Below, in pieces: positions 1 through 8,699 of a stretch of 25,149 nt of DNA. Under the pieces are notes generated by a model, which did not search any database, was not told where the DNA came from, and saw only the letters and a program-made list of their open reading frames with translations. Origin of the DNA: a virus. Taxonomy: Duplodnaviria > Caudoviricetes. Position numbers and translations under genes: made by a program. The stretch is from positions 1 through 25,149 of the IMG/VR virus record IMGVR_UViG_3300017757_000140, one strand, 5' to 3'. Each line of letters starts with the position of its first letter. Position 1 is the first letter of the stretch.

Positions 1-1
1 A

Positions 2-226
2 ATGGCTACACTACAAGCTAACTTATATAACTTAGAGCAACAGGTTAGAGATGGTGGGTTTGATTTAGATAGATATTACTTACTAGAAAAGTGGGAGTAC
101 CAAGACCTCAATGATTCTTTGACTAGGGTAGAAACACAAGTACAAACTGTTAACAATAGTATGTGGGAACTTAACGATTTAAAAACTAGACTGGCATACC
201 TTGAAGCTAACAACCATAGCCACTAA
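2..226 (+). CDS. Hypothetical coiled-coil-like protein, possibly 5'-truncated by the window edge
   Basis: ORF track; amphipathic helical pattern; same strand as and directly upstream of the lysis genes. Confidence 0.6.
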   Translation: MATLQANLYNLEQQVRDGGFDLDRYYLLEKWEYQDLNDSLTRVETQVQTVNNSMWELNDLKTRLAYLEANNHSH

Positions 227-235
227 GATAAAGGT

Positions 236-796
236 ATGAAATTACAAGTAGTCAGGACACAATTTGGTAAGGATGCAACTAATGGGATGCTGTTTATTGA
301 TGGTAAGTTTGAGTGTTATACTTTAGAGGACCAGTATCAAGCAGTCAAAGTTATGCACGAAACCTGCATACCAGAAGGCACATACAAACTTAAACTTAGG
401 ACAGTTGGTGGATTCAATACTCGTTACACCAAGAAGTATCCTACCTTTCATAGAGGTATGTTGTGGTTACAAGATGTACCAGGCTTTGAATATATACTTA
501 TCCACCAAGGTAACACAGATGAACACACCAGTGGTTGTTTGATAATTGGTGACTCACAACAAGATTTAGATGTAAACTTTAATGGTATGGTTGGCAGTAG
601 TGCTAACGCTTACAAGAAACTTTATCCTAAAGTATCTGGTGCAATACTTAAAGGTGATGATGTCACCATAGAATATACAAAGATAAACCTTGATGGTGAA
701 GATAACAAACCTAAAGACTACATGAAACTTGATGACATCTTTACTAAACTAGAGAGTATAGAAAGAAAATTAAAGTTAGGAAAATTAATACAATGA
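236..796 (+). CDS. DUF5675-family protein, putative cysteine-peptidase-type endolysin
   Basis: Motifs YTLED, CIPEGTY and ILIHQGNT..HTSGCLIIG resemble DUF5675 (L,D-transpeptidase-like His/Cys); stop overlaps the holin start (ATGA). Confidence 0.75.
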   Translation: MKLQVVRTQFGKDATNGMLFIDGKFECYTLEDQYQAVKVMHETCIPEGTYKLKLRTVGGFNTRYTKKYPTFHRGMLWLQDVPGFEYILIHQGNTDEHTSGCLIIGDSQQDLDVNFNGMVGSSANAYKKLYPKVSGAILKGDDVTIEYTKINLDGEDNKPKDYMKLDDIFTKLESIERKLKLGKLIQ

Positions 797-981
797 ATGA
801 TGATATAAAATCAATGATTGAGAAAACTGTTTGGACATTTATTGAAGCATTTATAGGTGCTTTAACTATCTCACCTTTAGTAGGTGTAGATGCTAACGCT
901 TTACAATTAGCTGCAATCGCAGGTGGTTCTTCTGCATTAGTAGTAGTCAAAGAGTTCGCAAAGAAAAAAATATCTAAATAA
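793..981 (+). CDS. Holin, r1t-like
   Basis: 62 aa; EKTVWTFIEAF resembles the r1t-holin ERAxKTFxQ motif; two hydrophobic segments and a basic C-terminus; adjacent to the putative endolysin. Confidence 0.75.
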   Translation: MNDDIKSMIEKTVWTFIEAFIGALTISPLVGVDANALQLAAIAGGSSALVVVKEFAKKKISK

Positions 982-1035
982 AAAACTATCACACTGCTCC
1001 TGTATACTGAGATTAACAGGGCAAAGGAGGATAGA

Positions 1036-2208
1036 ATGCCTAAAGTACCAGAAGAGTGGGGAAATAATTTCTATAAGACTGGATGGCAACCAGGATTAGA
1101 AGTCAATGAACAGACTGGCATGGGCGAAATCACACATGTTGGAACAGACCCACACTACAGAAACAAACTAGATTCCATACTTAAAGAATGGGGATTTGAC
1201 CCTAAACATTACCAGATAGAAGGTAGTGTTCGTGCTTCTAGTTGGAATGTACAACTTAAAGGTGGTGCGACAGAAACCTTTTATGCGTTTAAAGGTATAG
1301 TCAAAAAGAAAAAGCCAGGACATGACAAATATTTTCAAGCCTTGTTTAAACAAGCTAAGAAGAAACCTCCTATAACTAAGAAGTTTAACCCAGGTGACAC
1401 TGCGTTCATGTGGTTTATGAGTGACTGGCAACTTGGAAAAAAAGATTATGGAGTTGAGAACACTATCAACAGATACGACAGGGCGTTACAAGATGGTGTG
1501 AACAGGATTAAAGACCTGCGTAAACTTGGAGTACAAATAGATGAAATCTATATGGTAGGTTTAGGTGACCTCACAGAAAACTGTACGCCTTTTTTCTTTG
1601 AAAGCCAACCACACAATGTTTCTTTGTCACTGATTGAACAATACGCATTAGCAAGGTCAATGATAATGAAGACGATTGATACCTTCCTACCTCACGCACC
1701 TAAGTTAATCTTGGCAGGTGTTCCTGGTAATCATGGTGAGATGTCAAGAACAAGTAAAGGACAAGTATCTACAAACAGATTAGATAACTCTGACACAATG
1801 CACTTACAGATATGTGAAGAGATTATGAAGGCTAACCCAGAAAGATATGGAAAGGTAGAAGTAAATGTGCCTACTGGCTTTCATCAAACGATAATGGTAA
1901 AGGGTAAGACAGTTGCCTTTACGCATGGTCACATGACTGGAGGGGGTAGTGGTAATCCAGAAGCTAAGATTGAGAAGTGGTGGAAGGGTCAAATGTATGG
2001 GTGGCTACCAGTAGGAGATGCAGAGATTTTAGTAACTGCTCATTACCATCACCTAAGAATGAAACAACAAGGTGATAGAACTTGGTTTCAAGCACCATCA
2101 ATAGACCAGAGCATAGACTTTACTGCACAAACTGGACTGTGGTCACACCCTGGAGTCCTGACTTTCACTATAAGTGACAAGGGATGGGATAATTATTGCC
2201 CTTTATAA
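1036..2208 (+). CDS. Calcineurin-like metallophosphoesterase (Mre11/SbcD-like)
   Basis: Motifs SDWQ, GLGD, GNHG, THGH and AHYHH in canonical order; strong SD AAGGAGG at 1024-1030. Confidence 0.85.
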   Translation: MPKVPEEWGNNFYKTGWQPGLEVNEQTGMGEITHVGTDPHYRNKLDSILKEWGFDPKHYQIEGSVRASSWNVQLKGGATETFYAFKGIVKKKKPGHDKYFQALFKQAKKKPPITKKFNPGDTAFMWFMSDWQLGKKDYGVENTINRYDRALQDGVNRIKDLRKLGVQIDEIYMVGLGDLTENCTPFFFESQPHNVSLSLIEQYALARSMIMKTIDTFLPHAPKLILAGVPGNHGEMSRTSKGQVSTNRLDNSDTMHLQICEEIMKANPERYGKVEVNVPTGFHQTIMVKGKTVAFTHGHMTGGGSGNPEAKIEKWWKGQMYGWLPVGDAEILVTAHYHHLRMKQQGDRTWFQAPSIDQSIDFTAQTGLWSHPGVLTFTISDKGWDNYCPL

Positions 2209-2688
2209 ACGATTAAAGGGTAGTTGTTTAAACAACTTAGGGTTACCTTGGAAATCTTTTTCAGGATATGTTCCCCAGTGTTTCATTTCGTTCCACATTT
2301 CTTGTACTTGAACAAATGGTATCCATTTAAAACCTTTATAAAAACTGTTGTAATAATATATACCAACATCTACTTGTTTAAACAACCTAGTCTTTTCGTG
2401 CATTTGATATAGCTTTTGGTAGTCATCTAGCTTTAACTTAGTTGTACCTTTAACTTCACACAATCGTAGTTCGTTTTGAATGTACACTAGGTAGTCTGGA
2501 TTAACTGCTATGAATGTGTACAACCAGAACAGTGGCATCTCATGTTCCCATGGGCTAGTGCCAGTCTTCATCCATTGTTTTTGTTTGACTAACCCTAGTT
2601 GTGTTAGATAGATTTCAAAGTTATCTTCTGCTTCCTTGCCTACTTTATCTTTAACTCTATCTTGATATGGTCTATCGCTTTGTTCCAT
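2203..2688 (-). CDS. PD-(D/E)XK nuclease
   Basis: PDYLV...LCEVKG motif; start placed at MEQ (2688), just behind the upstream stop at 2690; the track start at 2718 is an alternative. Confidence 0.7.
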   Translation of the reverse strand: MEQSDRPYQDRVKDKVGKEAEDNFEIYLTQLGLVKQKQWMKTGTSPWEHEMPLFWLYTFIAVNPDYLVYIQNELRLCEVKGTTKLKLDDYQKLYQMHEKTRLFKQVDVGIYYYNSFYKGFKWIPFVQVQEMWNEMKHWGTYPEKDFQGNPKLFKQLPFNRL

Positions 2689-2689
2689 T

Positions 2690-2986
2690 TTAAAATGGGA
2701 GTTCATCTTGGTCTGCACCTTGGTCTGCTTTTTCTACCAGTGCATGACAAACTCTGTACTCCCACTTGTATATATTGTCATCTTCTACATGCTTGTATCT
2801 TGCTCCACAATATCTATTACCCTCTGCATCTGTATAAAATATATCATTGTCTTTACAAATGAATGGCGACTTGTGTCGTGTATCTGGCTCTGGTTGTATA
2901 TCAAAGTTATAATCTGGATAGCGTTTCTTTAACTTGTCTTTTAACTTATCCAGATTAATTGATATATTGTTATCTTCTAGAGCCAT
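2690..2986 (-). CDS. Hypothetical protein
   Basis: ORF track; overlaps the end of the upstream gene; ends in DELPF, resembling an SSB-like acidic tail. Confidence 0.7.
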   Translation of the reverse strand: MALEDNNISINLDKLKDKLKKRYPDYNFDIQPEPDTRHKSPFICKDNDIFYTDAEGNRYCGARYKHVEDDNIYKWEYRVCHALVEKADQGADQDELPF

Positions 2987-3882
2987 TCTGTTGGGCAGTC
3001 AGTATCTCCCCATCCAGTCCAACCACAACCATTCTTACCACCAGCTGGATACTTGTTACAACTCCAGCTTGGTATCTTACCAAACTTTTCTGGTTCATCT
3101 TGTTTCTTCTGTCTGTTGTCCTCTATCCACTCAGTCGCACCACAATCAGGACAGGCTTTAGTTAGGTCCTTGACTTCTCCAAATACATCCTCAACAATCT
3201 TTACATCAGAAGGTATAGGTTGTTCGTTTGCAATAGATTCAAACAAATCTAAGTACGCTCCAATGGTATCGTTATCCCAACTCTCTACATCTTTACTGTG
3301 TCCTGCTCCAATAAATTCATTAAAAGATTGCTTCTTTACTTCATCTTCTGTAGCTTTAGGCAATCCCCATCCTGCAATTAGCTTGGCTATTTGACTTGCG
3401 TTACTAGAGGTAACTTCTTTATTAACTCCAATGTCTTCATCAAACTTTGCCTTAGCTTCTTCTAAACTAGACAGGCTCTCATCACTAGGTTTGTTTTCTT
3501 TCTTACGATTGTCAACCTTAGTAACTTGTACTTTGTTTTGAGCACCCACTTTAGACATCTCTTCTTTGCTTGGTCTAGCCTTGTTGCTACCTTGGTACTT
3601 CCAGTTAGCCAACGCTCTACCTATCGCACTTGTTTCACAGTTCTCCATCCATGCATCAGCGTTAGCGAATCCACCTTGTCCTTTAGTTTCTTGTGCTATA
3701 CCTGTTGCAACTGGTCGTGCATCTTCTTCCTGTTTAAACACCTCTGCTTTAATAGTGACACAAGTACCATCTTGTGTTATGTGTAGTATCTCTGTAGATA
3801 TTCTTGCATCTGGGTTATCCTTCCAGAATTTTTTTAATCTATCTTCTACTGTTTCATATTTATCTGGGTCGTACTTAGCCAT
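2977..3882 (-). CDS. Sak/Rad52-like ssDNA-annealing protein with C-terminal Zn ribbon
   Basis: YETVEDRL...ATGIAQE...ENCETSAIGRALAN resembles phage Rad52-fold annealing proteins; CPDCG...WSC...GCGW at the C-terminus; SD AGGAGG and TAATG coupling. Confidence 0.7.
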   Translation of the reverse strand: MAKYDPDKYETVEDRLKKFWKDNPDARISTEILHITQDGTCVTIKAEVFKQEEDARPVATGIAQETKGQGGFANADAWMENCETSAIGRALANWKYQGSNKARPSKEEMSKVGAQNKVQVTKVDNRKKENKPSDESLSSLEEAKAKFDEDIGVNKEVTSSNASQIAKLIAGWGLPKATEDEVKKQSFNEFIGAGHSKDVESWDNDTIGAYLDLFESIANEQPIPSDVKIVEDVFGEVKDLTKACPDCGATEWIEDNRQKKQDEPEKFGKIPSWSCNKYPAGGKNGCGWTGWGDTDCPTEWL

Positions 3883-4196
3883 TATTCTTCCTCCTGTTTG
3901 TCTTTGTTAGATTCAATTATCTTATATACTCTTTGTCTACTTACCTTCATAATGTTTGCACACTGTATAACTGATAGCTTCTTTTCTTCTACAATATATT
4001 CTAATAGTCTAGCTCTTTGTAGAGACAGATTCTTTTCAATCTCTCTAGCAGTATTTATTTGTAGTGTTAATGCGTTTATTCTGTCCTCATGTTTACCTTC
4101 TGGTATGTGATGAAACGCCATCTCAACACCATTAGCGTAGGATACCTTGCCCTCTACACCAGTAATATCTTTATCATTAATTGTCTGTAATATCAT
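3882..4196 (-). CDS. Helix-turn-helix DNA-binding protein
   Basis: LSVIQCANIMKVSRQRVYKII is an HTH pattern; start moved to 4196 because SD GAGGAGG precedes it. Confidence 0.75.
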   Translation of the reverse strand: MILQTINDKDITGVEGKVSYANGVEMAFHHIPEGKHEDRINALTLQINTAREIEKNLSLQRARLLEYIVEEKKLSVIQCANIMKVSRQRVYKIIESNKDKQEEE

Positions 4197-4371
4197 AGTC
4201 CTCCTCATAAATATCTATTTGTAACTCATCAATAAAATCTATTGCATCATTGTTTAAACTGATAACCCTCATTGGTTTATTAGTTAGTATGTGTGCAACC
4301 AGTACCAACACTAGAACAATTAAGAATGTTATAGTCGTTAGCATTATTGGTATCCATATAAATAATTCCAT
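4177..4371 (-). CDS. Small single-pass membrane protein
   Basis: About 25 hydrophobic residues at the N-terminus; SD AAGGAGG and TAATG coupling. Confidence 0.75.
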   Translation of the reverse strand: MELFIWIPIMLTTITFLIVLVLVLVAHILTNKPMRVISLNNDAIDFIDELQIDIYEEDYDITDN

Positions 4372-4586
4372 TACTCTTCTTCCTCCTTACTTTCTTCATT
4401 CATAATTACTAACTGTTCATTATAAGCAACTACGAATTCCTCTAGTAATATGTTTGCAACTCTTGGTTCTGGCTTCCTCAACACCTTGGACTTAATAACT
4501 ACTGCTCCTCCACAGGCGTTAGATAAATCCATACTCCACTTCTTTAGATTTTCTGGGGTAAAGAATCCCCCTTTGCCATTTGGCAT
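4371..4586 (-). CDS. Hypothetical protein
   Basis: ORF track; SD AAGGAGG. Confidence 0.75.
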   Translation of the reverse strand: MPNGKGGFFTPENLKKWSMDLSNACGGAVVIKSKVLRKPEPRVANILLEEFVVAYNEQLVIMNEESKEEEE

Positions 4587-4612
4587 ACTTCCTCCTTCTT
4601 ATTGATAGTTGT

Positions 4613-4774
4613 TTAAACTACTTGTTGTTCTATTGGAATCTCAATTAACCTAACGATAAACATACCACCTAAGTCTTTGAGTTCCCTTACCTTGCACTTC
4701 GCATCATGTTCATTGTCGTACTGCCATGTCACAGTACCACCATAAACACTTGTACTTTGTACTTGATAAATCAT
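4613..4774 (-). CDS. Hypothetical 53-aa protein (not in the ORF track)
   Basis: MIYQVQSTSVYGGTVTWQYDNEHDAKCKVRELKDLGGMFIVRLIEIPIEQQVV; SD AGGAG; stop TAA lies inside a GTTTAAAC palindrome. Confidence 0.75.
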   Translation of the reverse strand: MIYQVQSTSVYGGTVTWQYDNEHDAKCKVRELKDLGGMFIVRLIEIPIEQQVV

Positions 4775-4800
4775 AGTTCTCCTATGTAATCTCCTATTTA

Positions 4801-4829
4801 ATCTTAGTCCTTATTTTCTCTATTGTAAA
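4801..4829 (-). promoter_or_regulatory. Sigma70/SigA-type promoter
   Basis: TTTACA-N17-TAAGAT on the minus strand, upstream of the 4774 ORF. Confidence 0.6.
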
Positions 4830-4842
4830 CTACTGTTGAGGT

Positions 4843-4879
4843 ACAAGGTAGAAGTAAACAAAGAAAGCTCCCACCTTGT
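4843..4879 (-). other. Intergenic stem-loop (terminator or processing site)
   Basis: ACAAGGUGGGAG/CUUCUACCUUGU, 12 bp with two G-U pairs that form only on the minus strand. Confidence 0.6.
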
Positions 4880-4895
4880 TTAAACATGTATGTAT

Positions 4896-5117
4896 TTATT
4901 CTCCTTCTCCTCTAAACATATCTTCAAAACATTCTGGATGTACACCAGTTAACAGTTGCTCTCTCTCTGCTCTGCTCTGTTCAGGAAATATATCTTGTAT
5001 CAATCTGCGTTGATGTCTTGGTGTCTGGGTAAACTCAATGTACTTTTCTGAGTCCACCATTACGCTACCTGTCTTCCTACAATGGATACATTCTTTAGTC
5101 GTTACTGCGAACATCAT
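4896..5117 (-). CDS. Small Cys/His putative Zn-binding protein
   Basis: CIHC...QDIFP..SRAEREQLLTGVHPEC; overlaps the upstream gene end. Confidence 0.75.
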   Translation of the reverse strand: MMFAVTTKECIHCRKTGSVMVDSEKYIEFTQTPRHQRRLIQDIFPEQSRAEREQLLTGVHPECFEDMFRGEGE

Positions 5118-5427
5118 TCTGCATCTTCTTTAATATTGTGATTACTCTTTTGTATAAGTCATCATATTTTTTTACCAATACATCTTCAGTATGTTCATCA
5201 CATTTAAACACACCCTCTAACTCCTCTATTATTGTGTCATCTATCAATGATTTATAAAGCTCCATCTTGCTAACTAAATCATTCAAATCATTAACAATGT
5301 TATACGCTTGTGAACTGAATCCATCATGGTCAAATCCACTGTCACTATCATTATCAACTGCGAATGGATACTCTTTACCATTTATAGTAAGAGTTCCCTC
5401 TATCCATATTGTTGGGTGTGCTACCAT
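5095..5427 (-). CDS. Hypothetical acidic protein
   Basis: Start reassigned to MVAHP at 5427 (TAATG coupling, SD GGAGGAGGAG); the track extension to 5532 overlaps another gene. Confidence 0.75.
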   Translation of the reverse strand: MVAHPTIWIEGTLTINGKEYPFAVDNDSDSGFDHDGFSSQAYNIVNDLNDLVSKMELYKSLIDDTIIEELEGVFKCDEHTEDVLVKKYDDLYKRVITILKKMQNDVRSND

Positions 5428-5777
5428 TACTCCTCCTCCTTTACTGTTGACTCGCCTAAAGTTTCTCCATATCCTAATTCTTTTAGCTTGTTTAAACAGT
5501 GCTCTGTATACTCGCCATCTTTTGTTATCCATCCATACTCTACTGTTTCTATGAGTTGTCTTCTCATATCGTAGTTGGCGTCTAGATATTTTCTATAGGC
5601 TTCTAGCTTATGGTTTCTAACTAGGGTTCTCATAAACATAAAGACCTGCTCCATGTTTAAGTGTCCTTGTTTAAACAACCTAGTCATTATTATTAAGTAG
5701 TCATTTGGTTTATGTTGACCTGCATCCATCAAAGATTGATTCACATATCCTTGAAAAGATTTAATTTGATTAGCCAT
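5427..5777 (-). CDS. Hypothetical protein
   Basis: ORF track; SD GAGGAGG and TAATG coupling. Confidence 0.75.
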   Translation of the reverse strand: MANQIKSFQGYVNQSLMDAGQHKPNDYLIIMTRLFKQGHLNMEQVFMFMRTLVRNHKLEAYRKYLDANYDMRRQLIETVEYGWITKDGEYTEHCLNKLKELGYGETLGESTVKEEE

Positions 5778-5980
5778 TACTCATCCTCCTCTAGTAGTTC
5801 TACTTCATCCTTCAGCTCCTCAATAGAAGTCATAAGGTCGTAGAATTTGTTATCAAGTTCGTTGTTATCTTTTAATTTAGAACTGGATAGCATGTGATAT
5901 CCTTGCTCTAAAAAGTCGTAACTACTTTGTACTTCTTTTGTTATCTCACTTACTTTGTTATCTTTTTTATTTATCGCCAT
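5777..5980 (-). CDS. Hypothetical helical protein
   Basis: ORF track; SD AAGGAG immediately preceded by TGTTTAAACA. Confidence 0.75.
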   Translation of the reverse strand: MAINKKDNKVSEITKEVQSSYDFLEQGYHMLSSSKLKDNNELDNKFYDLMTSIEELKDEVELLEEDE

Positions 5981-6002
5981 GTTTACTCCTTGTTTAAACA
6001 GT

Positions 6003-6030
6003 CAGGGAGATGGTGTTGCACATCTCCCTG
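6003..6030. other. Perfect 10-bp intergenic inverted repeat
   Basis: CAGGGAGATG-N8-CATCTCCCTG; no clear U-tract. Confidence 0.65.
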
Positions 6031-6043
6031 CTACTCCTTACTT

Positions 6044-6976
6044 TTATTCCTTCCACTCTAATCTCTGGACATTTCCATGGGAGTGTCTCTCCCAGTAACC
6101 TATCCTTGTATCAGTAGTTCCATCTGTGTAATAGAATGTTGTTGTCCACTGCTTCTTTCTTTTATCTGCTGGGTCTTTACCTTTGCTTCTTACGATACCT
6201 TGTCCTGCTCCATAGCTACCAACACCAGTCTGTAAGTCAGCTACCCTGATACCATTGAAGTTATCATTATCCCAGCCAGACTTGATACCTTCTTCCAGTC
6301 CTGCTAACAATTCTTCTGCGTTATCGTTAGTCCAGTCTTGCGTGAAGTTACCATCCTCATCAGTGTTGAAGTCTTGGTGTACTTCCAGAATATCTGGGTC
6401 AGTAGACTTATTAATTTCTACTGCCTTGTTTAAACTACTATCCCAATAGTATCTACCAGTCTGGCATTTGGTTTGTTCGTACAAACTTGGGAAGTGAGCT
6501 AGTGCATCTGGATGGTCGCACCACTGTCCTCCATATCTTTCTTCAAGTGCTTTGGTTTCTTCCACTACTAACAACATGTCTAAACATTTGTTAGCGAACT
6601 GTATAACTTGTTCTCTGTTCTTGAAACCAATAGAGAAATAAGAATCTTCATAGCTTTTTCTGTTGTTATCACTTCTTGTAGTCTTACAAGCGTAACCATA
6701 TACTTGGACACCCTCTTCGTATCTACTATCTGTTACCTTGACTCGTTGTTTAAACAACTCATCTCTATATGAATGGACACCATTGACATCTACACTTAGA
6801 AAATCTAAGTCAGCATCAAAGTCTACCTCTCTCTTTGGAACATGTACTACTGCACTATGTCCTTTTCTTTCTTTATTACCTGATAGAGACACTGCTTTAT
6901 CAGAAGCGTTATAGATATTTGCATCTGCAATATCTACTGCCTGTCCTTTCGTAATTGTTTCTTTAATCTCACTCAT
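6044..6976 (-). CDS. Hypothetical 310-aa early protein
   Basis: ORF track; SD GAGGT; no family recognised. Confidence 0.8.
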   Translation of the reverse strand: MSEIKETITKGQAVDIADANIYNASDKAVSLSGNKERKGHSAVVHVPKREVDFDADLDFLSVDVNGVHSYRDELFKQRVKVTDSRYEEGVQVYGYACKTTRSDNNRKSYEDSYFSIGFKNREQVIQFANKCLDMLLVVEETKALEERYGGQWCDHPDALAHFPSLYEQTKCQTGRYYWDSSLNKAVEINKSTDPDILEVHQDFNTDEDGNFTQDWTNDNAEELLAGLEEGIKSGWDNDNFNGIRVADLQTGVGSYGAGQGIVRSKGKDPADKRKKQWTTTFYYTDGTTDTRIGYWERHSHGNVQRLEWKE

Positions 6977-7258
6977 TGTTTATCGTACCTCTCTTGTTTG
7001 TTTGTTACCTTCAAGGATTTTGGAGAGAGTTCCTAGGTCTGCGATTAGTTGTTAAGGGCTATCCAGTTATTATCTGGCTACCTTCTCTCTCTCCATCCTC
7101 CTAACTAAAGGAGCCAATGAATATCGTTCATTAACTATTACCTACATTACTACCTATCAGATTTACACAACATCTATTTACAATTATTTTAATAATAGTT
7201 CTTGACTTGTTTAAACACCTATTGATTTTCTCTTTGTTTAAACAGGGTAAGAAATAAC

Positions 7259-7274
7259 ATACTATATATTGTGT
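7259..7274. promoter_or_regulatory. NrdR-box-like site
   Basis: ATACTATATATTGTGT versus consensus acaCwAtATaTwGtgt. Confidence 0.6.
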
Positions 7275-7373
7275 GTCCTTATTTGCTCTGTGTCAATAGT
7301 ATATGACAACTATGGGTGTCAGTTCCACAATCAATATGGTGCTCTTAAATCCTCTGTATCGTGGGCTTAGGCA

Positions 7374-7401
7374 TAAACAAAAACCCCAGATTTCTCTGGG
7401 G
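7374..7401 (-). terminator. Rho-independent terminator after the SprT-like gene
   Basis: CCCCAGA-GAAA-TCTGGGG followed by TTTTTGTTT on the minus strand. Confidence 0.8.
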
Positions 7402-7435
7402 CTCTCGCACACTAGGGGGATAGTGTTATAGTTGT

Positions 7436-8170
7436 TTAAACATAGATGTTAGTAAGAACTGGAGAATCTACATAAGCTCTGTTCATACACACTGGGCAGA
7501 AGAAGTAATCATTCTTGTCTACCACAGATGATGAAAGTCTAAAGATTGTACCTTGACCTTGCTCTATAGATTTCTTAGTTGCTCCATCACATTCTACATC
7601 TGGACAGTAGAGCTTAACCATTCTTGTAGTTTGCTTTCTTTGTACATCAACAAACTTAATATATGGATAGCTCCCAGCTTTCTCTAGCCATGATTGAATC
7701 AGTTCAGTGAACTCCTCTGTTACAGTAGTGGCAGTTGGAATACCTCCCAGTTTAAACACTGAGTAAACTGCATCAACAAATTTACCCTTGTGACCTACAC
7801 CAGCATCTAACACTGCATGACTTACTTCATGGGCAACAATCTGTAAGACCTGAAGTGGGTCGCTGGTCTCTCTATCTATCTCTATTCTTCTTATGCTATT
7901 ACCTTCAGAGTATTCAGTTGAGTAACATAATCCTATTGCTTTACCTTGATTGTGATTACTAGTAGTTTTTCTTCCTCTGGTATTAGATATGTGAACGCTT
8001 AACTTATCTCCTAGATTATCAGTATCTCCAACACCATTCTTGATGGCATACTTCACACACCAGTTAGCGAATGAAGTCAGATAATCTTCAGGAGATTTCT
8101 TACTTACTTTTAACTCACTTACCCATGCTGGATAATCTTTTGCATTCAGTGTTTTTTTCTTAGTAGTCAT
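7436..8170 (-). CDS. SprT-like zinc metalloprotease with C-terminal Zn ribbon
   Basis: HEVSH (HEXXH) followed by GHKGKF; CPDVEC...CPVC; start reassigned to MTTKK (SD GAGGG). Confidence 0.75.
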   Translation of the reverse strand: MTTKKKTLNAKDYPAWVSELKVSKKSPEDYLTSFANWCVKYAIKNGVGDTDNLGDKLSVHISNTRGRKTTSNHNQGKAIGLCYSTEYSEGNSIRRIEIDRETSDPLQVLQIVAHEVSHAVLDAGVGHKGKFVDAVYSVFKLGGIPTATTVTEEFTELIQSWLEKAGSYPYIKFVDVQRKQTTRMVKLYCPDVECDGATKKSIEQGQGTIFRLSSSVVDKNDYFFCPVCMNRAYVDSPVLTNIYV

Positions 8171-8203
8171 TTCGTTTCCCTCTTTCTTTGTTTGTTTGAA
8201 TCT

Positions 8204-8253
8204 TATAAGATTCCTAAAGGGTGCCTGTTTAAACACCCTCCTAGAATATTATA
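8204..8253 (-). other. Long imperfect intergenic stem-loop with TGTTTAAACA at the apex
   Basis: UAUAAUAUUCUAGGAGGGUG-loop-CACCCUUUAGGAAUCUUAUA, about 18 bp with bulges. Confidence 0.55.
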
Positions 8254-8256
8254 ACT

Positions 8257-8646
8257 CTAGCCAGTAGTTACCACCTTGAAGTTATAAGTATCTTTACCTT
8301 CAAAGGATGAAGGAACTGCTGGATTGATGTATCCAACTTCTACCCAGTTTCTTAGGTCTTTCTCTGTAACTGTTCTCATAGCTTGATATGATTCTACATA
8401 ATCAGAATCCACAGTGTATTTGTAATCTATGGATGCTTTCTTAGTCTTGTAGATATAAGCTGGGTAAGTCTCTCCACTAGCAGTTGTAATAGCTATTGGC
8501 ATACCTGCATGGAATTGGCTCATGAATCTTTTCTGTCTCGCATCCTTCTGTTCTCTAACTGAATTAGATAGGACTTCAAGCTCATGGTCATTCAACTCGC
8601 TTAGGTCTCTACTTAGTATTATTCCACTTATTGGTTGGTTAGTCAT
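8257..8646 (-). CDS. Hypothetical protein, first gene of the early block
   Basis: Start reassigned to MTNQP (SD GAGGAG); the track start at 8748 lacks an SD. Confidence 0.75.
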   Translation of the reverse strand: MTNQPISGIILSRDLSELNDHELEVLSNSVREQKDARQKRFMSQFHAGMPIAITTASGETYPAYIYKTKKASIDYKYTVDSDYVESYQAMRTVTEKDLRNWVEVGYINPAVPSSFEGKDTYNFKVVTTG

Positions 8647-8668
8647 TTGGTCTCCTCTTGTTAAGGAC

Positions 8669-8699
8669 CTACTAGATGTAGTACCACTATATGTAGTGG
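8669..8699. promoter_or_regulatory. Tandem NrdR-box-like sites in the leader of the first early gene
   Basis: CTACTAGATGTAGTAC (8669-8684) and CCACTATATGTAGTGG (8684-8699), 15-bp period. Confidence 0.6.
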
